From Candidatus Babeliales bacterium (GTDB lineage: Bacteria; Babelota; Babeliae; Babelales; JANWKD01): DNA of 64,000 bases. Position numbers and translations under genes: made by a program. The stretch is from assembly GCA_963701665.1 (NCBI GenBank), contig OY969622.1, positions 1,216,001 through 1,280,000 on the forward strand, written 5' to 3'. Below are positions 22,210-31,940 of the stretch, one piece after another. Under the pieces are notes generated by a model that saw only the letters and a program-made list of their open reading frames with translations, had not been told where the DNA came from and searched no databases. Within the stretch, counting starts at the first letter, position 1. Every line of letters begins with the position of its first letter.

Positions 22210-24048
22210 ATGATGAGGAGCCAAGTAATGAAATTAGTGTGTATTGTGGTCATATCATTAACACTCATGTACGCACATGCAGAACACACGCCAACGCCGT
22301 TACACCAAAAAGCAACATGGATAACGCAACAACTTTTCAATGCGCTTGGCATGTATCTTTCAGCTGCACGTATGGCATCACTCGAATCATTAGTCCATGA
22401 TCTTTTAGAATCTTCATCCTATGATTTGGAAAAAATTGCCGTTGTAGCATCTGAAAAAATCGATGCACAAAAAAGAATTATTGAAAATAGTATTGCCGCA
22501 ATTAAAGCAGCAGAAAAACCAATTCCGCCCAAATTATTTTTTGATCAGTTTGTGCTAGAAACTTATAGCAAGCATCTTCACGAGTATACAACTTCATTGC
22601 AAAAAACTATGACGCTCAAAGATAAAATACGAGGGTTTGCTGCACATGCACTCGCCTCAACAAAATCTTATTTTCAAAACGCTCGATCTCAGCCATTGTA
22701 TGAAAACATCGCGCAAGAGGTTGTTGATTATTGTGATTTTGAACGCGCAACATTGCTTGCTGATTATCAAACGGTGGTAAAATATTTACATAACGCAACG
22801 CACGGCTTGTTGCCTCCGATGATCCAATTTTGGCAAAACTCTGACACCCGTAATAGTTTGAGAATTCGCTCAAAATTATTAACGCCAGAGGTGCGCACCC
22901 AGTTTTGGGCAGAAATGGGCATGATCGCGTTGCAATCGATTCTCATGAGCGGCAGCAGTATGTATAACACCTATATTAATGAAGAAGATCAACAAGTTTT
23001 TGAACGATATTCAAAACAACAAGAACAAATTCAAAATGATTTTTCTACATTTATCACACAAACAAGAACTGCTCAAAAAGTAATAACCAAAACACTTACG
23101 GACGCATTTCTCGCTTCGGCAAAAACTACTGCCGAACAATATCAAGCACAAAACAAACAGTATAATGATGAAACAATGTATCTCTTTAAGGCCATAAATT
23201 TAAATCCGCCTATCTCGCATGATATGGAATATCCATCGGTGTGGAATGATCAACAATTTGAATTTTCCCCGATGAACACACCACCAGATCAACGATGGTA
23301 TAATGTATTTCAAATTAATAGCAGTGATTGGGAATATGATCCTGAGCACAATAGTTTCTGGCAAAACGGCCTTTCAATCTTTGATCCAACAAATCCTCAA
23401 GGAGCGCAACAAGATCACATTTTTACCGATTACAGCAGTCCTAAAGCACAATACGAAATTGAAGTGGAATGTCGCTTAATTAATGCCACGTACCCATTTT
23501 TTGCTGGCATTATGTTTAATAAAGCGCGGTGGATTTCTGCTGTTCCCGAGCGTTATCTACAATCCCGTATGGTTGGCATCTACGGCACTACTGATGCCAC
23601 CATGACAACATCAAGCATGGCACTCTGCTTTGCACAACAAAAATTAGTTAAAACACAAAAAGATTCTAAAGACATCACCACCATTCTTACGCCGGTGGAA
23701 CAAATGATGCAGAATGATCAAACGCATTTTTATAAATTTGCTGATGGTGATAGAGCGTTACTGGTGAAAGAACCGCTCACCCTTGTGTTTTCAATTGTTA
23801 CACAACCCACTCAAGCTACGATTACCGTCACCAAAAAAGGACAAACCAATCAAACGCTCGCGCAAAAAACATTCGATGATTTAAAAGATCCTTATATTGC
23901 CATTTTTGGTGGCATTGGCTTTGTGGCAACAGGATGTCAGGCAGAATTCACGCTTAAAAAACCTGAAGCATTAGTATTTACCCCTGAACAAATTAGTAAT
24001 TACAAAAAACCCAGCACGCAAGCCATCATGAAAAAGACAAAAAAATAA
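22210..24048 (+). CDS. Large hypothetical secreted protein (operon gene 2): hydrophobic helix, coiled coil, beta-rich domain
   Basis: 612 aa, signal peptide; C-terminal domain resembles that of gene 3. Confidence 0.8.
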   Translation: MMRSQVMKLVCIVVISLTLMYAHAEHTPTPLHQKATWITQQLFNALGMYLSAARMASLESLVHDLLESSSYDLEKIAVVASEKIDAQKRIIENSIAAIKAAEKPIPPKLFFDQFVLETYSKHLHEYTTSLQKTMTLKDKIRGFAAHALASTKSYFQNARSQPLYENIAQEVVDYCDFERATLLADYQTVVKYLHNATHGLLPPMIQFWQNSDTRNSLRIRSKLLTPEVRTQFWAEMGMIALQSILMSGSSMYNTYINEEDQQVFERYSKQQEQIQNDFSTFITQTRTAQKVITKTLTDAFLASAKTTAEQYQAQNKQYNDETMYLFKAINLNPPISHDMEYPSVWNDQQFEFSPMNTPPDQRWYNVFQINSSDWEYDPEHNSFWQNGLSIFDPTNPQGAQQDHIFTDYSSPKAQYEIEVECRLINATYPFFAGIMFNKARWISAVPERYLQSRMVGIYGTTDATMTTSSMALCFAQQKLVKTQKDSKDITTILTPVEQMMQNDQTHFYKFADGDRALLVKEPLTLVFSIVTQPTQATITVTKKGQTNQTLAQKTFDDLKDPYIAIFGGIGFVATGCQAEFTLKKPEALVFTPEQISNYKKPSTQAIMKKTKK

Positions 24049-24058
24049 CGGAGTTACC

Positions 24059-27000
24059 ATGAATCAAAAAATAGGTATATTCTTTTTCTGTGTGCTCTTT
24101 TTTGTGCCACTTTTTGGTGCATCCTATCCAGTGAATACACAAAACTCTGACTTCAGTTCTTTAAAAAATGATGTTTGCGAATTTGATGAAGAATCTGATA
24201 TCGTGCACTGCACCAAGACGGGTACTTTTCAAAAAGTCGTTAAAGATTGTGCGGGTACGCAAGCAGCAAAAAATCAATTCATAGGTTCTATTGTTGTTGA
24301 TAAAAAAACATGCAACTTATATGCCATTTCACCGCAACAAGCAATTGATCAAAATAAATCAGTGATTGTCATAGCAGAAAAAATTGCACAACAACTTTTC
24401 AGCCCCGTTATTTTAGGCACAAATAAATCATCAACCCCAAATCCTTTCCCGACTACATCGCTCAACAGCGCTGCCATCGATGCTGCCTATGGCTCAAGTG
24501 GATTATCCATGAGCTCGATTTTGATCGATTACTTTAAAAAGTTTTATTTTTATTTTGAGTACATTGTAAAAGTTGAATACGCGGCTCGTCTAGCAGCACT
24601 CGCACCCAACCTTGGTATCGATTTTGTAACGAGTCTTGAAAAAACAAGTTGGCAAGATTTTGTAAAAGCAATGATCGCTAAAGCTGGCAGCTGGGATAAT
24701 CTTGAAAAAAAATTGCTCGATGCTTCAATACAACCCCAATGGGATGCTGTTACTACGTTTATCGATGCCAAAACATGGCAAGAAGTCCCGCAAAGTTCAT
24801 TTTGGAAAAGTTTAAGTGTAGTAACGGCAAAGAGTTTAACAAGCTCTATGTTTTGGCAGAATTATTTAAAATACACTATCACCCGCACGTTTATTCAGGA
24901 TTCCATCATTCTCAGCTCCATCAAACAACTGGAAGAAAGCATTTTTTTATACATTCCTAATATTGAAATTGCCTATTATCATCCAGATTTTGTGTCGTTG
25001 CGCAATGGATCTGAAATGTATCACCTCAGTCTTCTTTTAACTGATGCATTTCGTTTACGTCTTCTTGAACATTGCAATGATTGGAACACGTTCAAAGATC
25101 CCAAAACAGGATCGTATGATTTAGTAAAATTGTATGCTGCCACAAAAGATTACCAAGCAACTGATTTTTATAAAGTTGCCGTTTTAGGTGAAGCTGATGC
25201 AATTAGCACATTCAAGGCGATTGCACAAAAAAAGGTTCCTGACCAACTTAAACTGATGCAAACACAGCCCACCTTGCATGATCAAATTTGTTTGATGAGC
25301 ATGGTGAAAATTTTACACGCGTTAACAAATTATCTTTATAACAAGGATCATCTTGATACAACGATGCAATTTTTCGCGCGCATCAACAAAAATCAATCGG
25401 GACCACAACCTTCTATGTTGCTCTACAGCACAGAAGATTATATCTTTTTAGATGATCTTAATCATCTAAATGACACCGTTGAACAAGATGTCATACAAAA
25501 GGCCTCGCAACCTAAATCAACTAATCCTGTGGACAATGCATGGAACAAACTTGTTAAACCATCACAAGGCAAAGTTACCACACAAAGCTGGAGTGATTTT
25601 GTTGATGATATTACCAGAACAGCAGGTGATGTATGGAGTGATATTGAAAAAACGGGCGAAGATGCTTATAGCGCCTTAGAAAAAGCTGGTGAATCGTTAG
25701 TAGAAACAATGATATCCACCGAAGAAACAATCGTAGGCGGCATTGCAAAAATTCCTGGCTTAGGTGAAGTTCTGACAGGACTTTCTCCTCGAGAAGCTGA
25801 TAAATTATTAGCTGATGCAAAAAAACTACGTGACCAAGCCGTCGAGGACATAAAACAAGCCGGCAAAGATCTTAATCAAGTGGTAAATGACGTCATTGAG
25901 ACGGCAACGACAGCAGTTAAAGGCGTACAAGTCACGGCAACAGAACTGGTAAAAGATATTGGATCAGGCATAGATGACGTATGTAATACTCTTTTAGCAA
26001 GCACTGACAAAGAACTTTGCAAGGACATCTCTGGAGCTTTCGTTACCACCTACCAAATGCTCATCGATGGACTTGCCAATCTTGCACACATTGCTGTATA
26101 TACCTATGGCGGCATGATGAAATTAACTGCTGATGCAGTAAATCTTATTGCACGGTCTGCAACCGATTTAGTAGTAAATAACTATGGAGATTTGGGCGAT
26201 GCAATTACGAGCGGCCTAAAAAGCATGGCTATTGACGCAGCAACTACTGTTTTAAAGCAACTCACCTATACGTTTAAATTCTTCTATGATGATCTCATGA
26301 ATGCGCTCAAATACGCGCAATATTTCATTTCAATTTTAACACGGCTCTTTATTGATGCATCAACAGCGGCCGCATTTGTCGGCGCTGGCATTGGATGGAT
26401 TTTTGATCGTGACATTAATCCATTCCAAGTAGCCGAAGACGCGCGCGAAAAATTAAGTGAAAACGAGCGTACCATTAATGCTGCTATAACAACCGCGTTG
26501 TTACTCGCGACCATCCCACTCACCGGCGGTTCAAGCGCGTGGGTTGTATTACCAATGATCGCTATGACGGTCGGCCCTCAAATTATTCAAATTGTTACTG
26601 CGGTACAAGAAGATGAATTAAAACGACAAGAAAAAGATGAGCAGCATGCGTTTGTGCTCACTTTCAGCGGCTTCATTGATACGAGCAAACTTGTTTATGC
26701 GCAGCAACAACGTGAAATCAGTAATGAATTGCAATTGAAATATACTGCGGAGTTAAGCAACCAAGAACGCAGTGTCGGATTTTATGAAAATTTCATGAAC
26801 AAAAATTTCGAAGCAGTGAAAGCACAAATGTCATTCTTGCTTGAAAATTGGTGGTCACAATTGTTATCACCAGATTCACTCGGACTTTCATTCGCTGATG
26901 TTGGTTCAGTATACGGCATTAAGACGGGCGTTTATGAATTAAATCCATCACAAGGATTCTCGCTCTATAGCGCTGGCCGTCAAAGTTTCAGCCAAGAAAT

Positions 27001-28675
27001 TGCGGTGATGCCTGAAACAGTTTCTGATACTTCAGATAACAATCAGCTTATTAGTTCAACTAATTTGAGCAAAAATTGGTTTAATCAAAAAGAGACGGTA
27101 CCTTTGGCAAGCTCTGTCAATGAAGTTGAAATTAGGTTTAAAGCTATTTACCTGTTGAACACATTCTACATTGGCATTTATATTGGCGGCAAAGTGCTTG
27201 ATATTGCTGCCATCACGAGCAAAGATAAAAGTAAAAAAGCGAATCTTGACTTGGATTTAGATCACCTAGCTAAAATGGCGGTGTTCAAACGAGAAGAAAT
27301 AACTAAGCCTGTTGTTGGCTGTCTCTATGAACATGAAGGTAAAGGTTGGTTCAATGAAACCATGCCGCTACAACAATTTACGGTTGATACGTGGTATCGC
27401 ATCAATGTACAACTCCAAGGCACTAATCTTACCATGAAACTATGGCCAGAAAATAATCCTAATGCAGCGCAAACACAAACATATCCGATTACGGCACTCG
27501 CTCAACAAAAGATGATTGGCGTCATTTCGTCGGGAGCAGCAATCGAATATCAAATTAAAAAACCAGCTATTACCGTACAAGCAATGCCTACCATTCGTCC
27601 TACAAAAGGCATCTGTCCAACATTGAGCTCGGACAAACCATGTCTTGATGATAGCAATGTTATTTCCCTGAGCGTAGAAAAAACACGTGAACAAACTGCA
27701 CGCGATCAATTGGGCTACAAATTAAACCCTACTCTTGGGAATTTTAACCCTCAAGCTGTGAGCAAAGACCAGATTCTCAAAAATCATTTTATGTATACAT
27801 CACAAGCTACAAATCTTGCTAACGCAGTATCAGCACAGGATTATGTTGCAATGTGCACCATTGATAGTAGTTTGGCAGTAAATGGTATTGGAAAATATCC
27901 ACTTGATAATGATAGTGTTATCAGCTTTATTTCTAAGAAAGTATTCAAAAATGATGGCAGCTTCTCAGGCGTTCGTGTTACGAATGCATTCAGCAATTTT
28001 GCCAATACATTCCCATTACCTGATAGTCTTGTTGCCACGGTGCGCACGGCAGAACAAGCGTATACAAAACAAAATATGAATGTTACGTTTGCGCCATTTA
28101 CCCTCAAAGCAGTAAGCCAAAAAGCAATTGAAAACTATCAATATATTTATACCATGCCACTCGTCGATAACTCAGGACAACCAGTTAAAGATGATAAGAA
28201 GAACGCGCTCCTTGATTATTTAGTGTTTGTCGTCTTAAGGGGCACATCACTCGATACAAACTATCAACCTGGTCTTTCATATCTTGATGCAACAGAAAAA
28301 TCAGAAAAACAGTTTGGATTGTTAAGTTTAGTTACGGGGAATTTATATCAACAAGGTAACAAAACACCGATAAATAAAGGATATGATATCTTTAGTGATT
28401 TCATAAATAGCTACCAAAATCCGCCATTAGATAAAGATCTCCTTGCTGCTATGAATGCTGCGCGTACTGCCTATCCACAAAGTGGTGGTGCTATAATCCC
28501 ACTTAAACCGGGCGGCGGCACTCAAACAGGCGGCACAAGTACATCATCGGGTGGCAATAAAGGCCCTGATACCGGCAAAGGCACTGATCAGCAACAAATT
28601 ACGCCACCATCACAAAATATGAGTGATCGAACTGCACAAGGTGCGGGTGATCCTTCTAATATTAGCATCGGTTAA
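24059..28675 (+). CDS. Very large hypothetical secreted protein (operon gene 3) with amphipathic/hydrophobic hairpin region
   Basis: 1538 aa, signal peptide, amphipathic helical region, hydrophobic LLLATIPLTGGSSAWVVLPMIAMTV segment, duplicated C-terminal module, Gly/Thr tail. Confidence 0.85.
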   Translation: MNQKIGIFFFCVLFFVPLFGASYPVNTQNSDFSSLKNDVCEFDEESDIVHCTKTGTFQKVVKDCAGTQAAKNQFIGSIVVDKKTCNLYAISPQQAIDQNKSVIVIAEKIAQQLFSPVILGTNKSSTPNPFPTTSLNSAAIDAAYGSSGLSMSSILIDYFKKFYFYFEYIVKVEYAARLAALAPNLGIDFVTSLEKTSWQDFVKAMIAKAGSWDNLEKKLLDASIQPQWDAVTTFIDAKTWQEVPQSSFWKSLSVVTAKSLTSSMFWQNYLKYTITRTFIQDSIILSSIKQLEESIFLYIPNIEIAYYHPDFVSLRNGSEMYHLSLLLTDAFRLRLLEHCNDWNTFKDPKTGSYDLVKLYAATKDYQATDFYKVAVLGEADAISTFKAIAQKKVPDQLKLMQTQPTLHDQICLMSMVKILHALTNYLYNKDHLDTTMQFFARINKNQSGPQPSMLLYSTEDYIFLDDLNHLNDTVEQDVIQKASQPKSTNPVDNAWNKLVKPSQGKVTTQSWSDFVDDITRTAGDVWSDIEKTGEDAYSALEKAGESLVETMISTEETIVGGIAKIPGLGEVLTGLSPREADKLLADAKKLRDQAVEDIKQAGKDLNQVVNDVIETATTAVKGVQVTATELVKDIGSGIDDVCNTLLASTDKELCKDISGAFVTTYQMLIDGLANLAHIAVYTYGGMMKLTADAVNLIARSATDLVVNNYGDLGDAITSGLKSMAIDAATTVLKQLTYTFKFFYDDLMNALKYAQYFISILTRLFIDASTAAAFVGAGIGWIFDRDINPFQVAEDAREKLSENERTINAAITTALLLATIPLTGGSSAWVVLPMIAMTVGPQIIQIVTAVQEDELKRQEKDEQHAFVLTFSGFIDTSKLVYAQQQREISNELQLKYTAELSNQERSVGFYENFMNKNFEAVKAQMSFLLENWWSQLLSPDSLGLSFADVGSVYGIKTGVYELNPSQGFSLYSAGRQSFSQEIAVMPETVSDTSDNNQLISSTNLSKNWFNQKETVPLASSVNEVEIRFKAIYLLNTFYIGIYIGGKVLDIAAITSKDKSKKANLDLDLDHLAKMAVFKREEITKPVVGCLYEHEGKGWFNETMPLQQFTVDTWYRINVQLQGTNLTMKLWPENNPNAAQTQTYPITALAQQKMIGVISSGAAIEYQIKKPAITVQAMPTIRPTKGICPTLSSDKPCLDDSNVISLSVEKTREQTARDQLGYKLNPTLGNFNPQAVSKDQILKNHFMYTSQATNLANAVSAQDYVAMCTIDSSLAVNGIGKYPLDNDSVISFISKKVFKNDGSFSGVRVTNAFSNFANTFPLPDSLVATVRTAEQAYTKQNMNVTFAPFTLKAVSQKAIENYQYIYTMPLVDNSGQPVKDDKKNALLDYLVFVVLRGTSLDTNYQPGLSYLDATEKSEKQFGLLSLVTGNLYQQGNKTPINKGYDIFSDFINSYQNPPLDKDLLAAMNAARTAYPQSGGAIIPLKPGGGTQTGGTSTSSGGNKGPDTGKGTDQQQITPPSQNMSDRTAQGAGDPSNISIG

Positions 28676-28779
28676 TTTTTTTTGATGTCACCAAAGAAAT
28701 TGATTAAGCAATTTAATGATTTATTTTTTCATATATAATGGAAATAGCTTATACAATATATAATTATTTCGAGGCATAT

Positions 28780-29364
28780 ATGAGAAAATTATTTTATTCA
28801 AAATTATTTTCAATATTGATAATATCACTTGCTTATTCCATGGAAGAACCATTGCAACAAGCTGAGAATGAGGAAGAAGAATCGTACCAAACTAAACATT
28901 TTGACAGCTGCTGGTATCTTGCTATGCATGAAGCAGTTGAAGCATATAATAACGCACATCATACAGTATATACGTGCCAAGATATTGCCCATGTTAAACA
29001 AACGGGATTGCTATGGCCCGCAAAAGATCAATGGGCATATGATGGTTATTATACCGGACAGTATGTCGATATAAATCAAATCGATAAACATAGAGAAAAA
29101 TATGTTAGTTGGTCTGATGAAATCAAAAAACGCACACAAAAAAATGTACATCGTTTTTGGAAAAGATCACCAAAAATCACAATCGACGTAAGCCGGGCTA
29201 ATGCAGGACGCATTAAAATAGAAATCGATACTACAAAATATGATCAAGATCTTCTTAATAGAAGACCGTTTTACGAAAAACCTATTCCTGTTTTATGTCT
29301 TGCAGTACCAACAACCATTGGCGTAACGTGGCTCTTCAAATCTTGGTGGGATTCTCGCAAGTAA
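28780..29364 (+). CDS. Hypothetical secreted protein with C-terminal TM segment
   Basis: GAGG RBS before MRKLFYS; signal peptide then SME; C-terminal hydrophobic helix. Confidence 0.7.
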   Translation: MRKLFYSKLFSILIISLAYSMEEPLQQAENEEEESYQTKHFDSCWYLAMHEAVEAYNNAHHTVYTCQDIAHVKQTGLLWPAKDQWAYDGYYTGQYVDINQIDKHREKYVSWSDEIKKRTQKNVHRFWKRSPKITIDVSRANAGRIKIEIDTTKYDQDLLNRRPFYEKPIPVLCLAVPTTIGVTWLFKSWWDSRK

Positions 29365-29452
29365 CTATCATTATTTTCACATAGAAACTTAAATTTGCGA
29401 TTTTTTCCAGGTTTGGTATACTCTATATGATTAATTATATGGAGTGTATCAA

Positions 29453-30712
29453 ATGAACCAAAATCCTGAAAGATTACCCTCATTACCGGGCGTTTACCTC
29501 TTCAAGCATGAAGATACCCTTCTTTATGTAGGTAAAGCAAAAAACCTCAAAAAACGCGTGTCTTCCTATTTCCAAAAGCAAAAAACTGATTGGAAAATCC
29601 AGGCACTCGTTGAGGAACATACCCATATTGAGCATATTGTCACACACAGTGAGACTGATGCCCTACTTCTTGAAGCCCAACTTATTCGAGCGCATAAGCC
29701 GAAATTCAACGTACTTCTTAAGAGTGGCCAACCGTTCGTTTACCTGCTTTTTACCCAAGAAGAACTCCCTCGTTTTGAACTCGTACGCAATAAAATGAAA
29801 AAGGGAATTTATTTTGGACCCTTTTTACATAAGGGCAAAGTACGCGCAGCGCATGCGTATCTCATGCGCTCGTTTCAACTAAGTTTGTGCTCAACTAAAA
29901 TTCAAAACGGGTGTCTCAATTTCCATGTGGGCAATTGCGCGGGCAATTGTTTGGCAAATTTTGATAAAGAAGCGTACGTTTTCCGCCTTTTTTTAGCACA
30001 AAATCTTTTAGAAGGTAATTATGCCGCTTCACTTAAATCGGTTAAAGAAAAAATTGCACAACACATCAAAGATTTAGAATTTGAAAAAGCGCATAATGTA
30101 CATCGCTATTTGCAAAATCTAGAAATCATTTTTGAGACCCTTAAAACTCGCTATTCACTTACCAAATATGAAAAAGATATCGCACTCGCTACCGCCCCTA
30201 TGCGCAGAATAAAAGAGGAAGATTTTGAAATTGGCAAAAAGGTACAGGAACTCTTTCATTTAGAAAAAGCGCCAGCTACCATCGATTGTTTTGATATTTC
30301 CCATTTTCAGAGTAGATATATTGTTGGCGCCTGCATCCGTTTTACCAATGGCGTACCCGATAAAAATAGTTTTAGACGTTTTAAAATTAGAACACTCAAA
30401 GAACAAAATGATTATGCAGCATTGCAAGAAGTCGTAACACGACGTTACAAAAATCCAGCAGAAATTCCTGATTTGATCGTCATTGATGGCGGTCTTGGCC
30501 AATTACATGCTATTGAAAAAATTCTACCGAATGCACAAATCATAAGCTTGGCAAAACGTGAAGAACTCGTTTTTAGCAAATCATTGACTGAACCAATTAA
30601 GCTTAGTTTACACTCTGAGGTAGGAAAATTAATTATCTCATTACGAGATTATTCACATCATTTTGCCATTAGTTATCATAAATTGTTGAGGTCAAAACAA
30701 ATGGCATCTTAA
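29453..30712 (+). CDS. uvrC: Excinuclease ABC subunit C (short, no C-terminal HhH domain)
   Basis: GIY-YIG LPGVYLF..LYVGKAKNLKKRVSSYF, CFDISH, PDLIVIDGG, SLAKREE, LRDYSHHFAISYH. Confidence 0.9.
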   Translation: MNQNPERLPSLPGVYLFKHEDTLLYVGKAKNLKKRVSSYFQKQKTDWKIQALVEEHTHIEHIVTHSETDALLLEAQLIRAHKPKFNVLLKSGQPFVYLLFTQEELPRFELVRNKMKKGIYFGPFLHKGKVRAAHAYLMRSFQLSLCSTKIQNGCLNFHVGNCAGNCLANFDKEAYVFRLFLAQNLLEGNYAASLKSVKEKIAQHIKDLEFEKAHNVHRYLQNLEIIFETLKTRYSLTKYEKDIALATAPMRRIKEEDFEIGKKVQELFHLEKAPATIDCFDISHFQSRYIVGACIRFTNGVPDKNSFRRFKIRTLKEQNDYAALQEVVTRRYKNPAEIPDLIVIDGGLGQLHAIEKILPNAQIISLAKREELVFSKSLTEPIKLSLHSEVGKLIISLRDYSHHFAISYHKLLRSKQMAS

Positions 30713-30728
30713 ATGTAAGGTGTACATT

Positions 30729-31928
30729 ATGAAGAAAACTTTTCTGCTCTTAGTACTTTTATCTATAGCTCATAGTTTTGGGAAACCAAAAGGATTAGAA
30801 AATTGTGGTGCTAGTTGTTATCTGAATGCCGCTACACAATCGCTCATTAATATCAAAGAACTTACCACTACAATTTTGAAATTAACTATAGAACCACAAC
30901 AGCTCTTTGCATTTGCCTATCAACAATTACTCATAAAAATCCAGACTACGACAGCGCCAAAGATAACCAATAGAGATCCAGCATTAGCAAATTATCAGAA
31001 CATAGGCACAGCTTTAATTGCAGAACAAACTCGACGAGCTCCTAATTCTCAAGAAGATGCTTCAGAATTTTTTGTATTAGCGCTTAACGCCCTTAAAAGT
31101 AGTTCTTTGGATTTAGATCAGCTTATTAGTAATTATTTTGGCTTTTTTCAAACAAAAAAGACTGCATGTCCAAACCCATATGATAAAACTCAAATCCTGA
31201 CGTATTACACACCAAGCCTCGAACAAGTAAAATTACAAAATCCAGAATATAATTTATCACTACCAATCGTTAGCTATAAAAGTGGTGATGCACCGCTAAA
31301 AACTCTAGATGCATGTTTGAGAGACTATTTTAGCGAAGAAATTTTTAATGATCCTACAAGTTACATTTCATTTCAAGGCACTGTGTCAGGATTAGAATTT
31401 TTAACAGATCAGCCACTTCCTAATTGCACCCAAAAAACATATTTGATTAATGCACCCGAAATAGTTCTTATTTCTTTGAAACGCACGGGGTGGGATATCA
31501 TAAAACAACAGCCCGTACGTTTTTCACATCAGGTTGCGATTCCTTCACTACTTTCTATAAGAGATTATATGAAAGAACAAGTTCGCGGAGAATCATACGA
31601 GTACACCCCCATTAATATAATTGTACAAACAGGCGGCGCTCAAGGTGGCCATTATCGGGCGTATATAAAAGATAACGGTAGTTGGTATGAATGTAATGAC
31701 CAATTTATTAATGAAGTACAGGGAACACCTGATAATCCCATCTCAGCACTCATGCAAAAAGATATTGATAACAATGCCTATGTTATTTTTTACAAAAAAA
31801 TTAACTTGTCAGAAGAACCTCAATGGGCACAAAAAATTCAAGAACTAAAAGAGGGTAAGCTAAAACAACAATTAACAAATTTAACGAATATATTAGACTT
31901 ATTACAAAAAAAATTGGCCTCCGAATAA
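30729..31928 (+). CDS. Eukaryote-like ubiquitin-specific protease (USP, peptidase C19) with signal peptide
   Basis: Cys box GLENCGASCYLNAATQSL, QEDASEF, ISLKR, His box GGHYRAYIK..WYECND, AYVIFY. Confidence 0.9.
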   Translation: MKKTFLLLVLLSIAHSFGKPKGLENCGASCYLNAATQSLINIKELTTTILKLTIEPQQLFAFAYQQLLIKIQTTTAPKITNRDPALANYQNIGTALIAEQTRRAPNSQEDASEFFVLALNALKSSSLDLDQLISNYFGFFQTKKTACPNPYDKTQILTYYTPSLEQVKLQNPEYNLSLPIVSYKSGDAPLKTLDACLRDYFSEEIFNDPTSYISFQGTVSGLEFLTDQPLPNCTQKTYLINAPEIVLISLKRTGWDIIKQQPVRFSHQVAIPSLLSIRDYMKEQVRGESYEYTPINIIVQTGGAQGGHYRAYIKDNGSWYECNDQFINEVQGTPDNPISALMQKDIDNNAYVIFYKKINLSEEPQWAQKIQELKEGKLKQQLTNLTNILDLLQKKLASE

Positions 31929-31940
31929 TATTTTATATCT

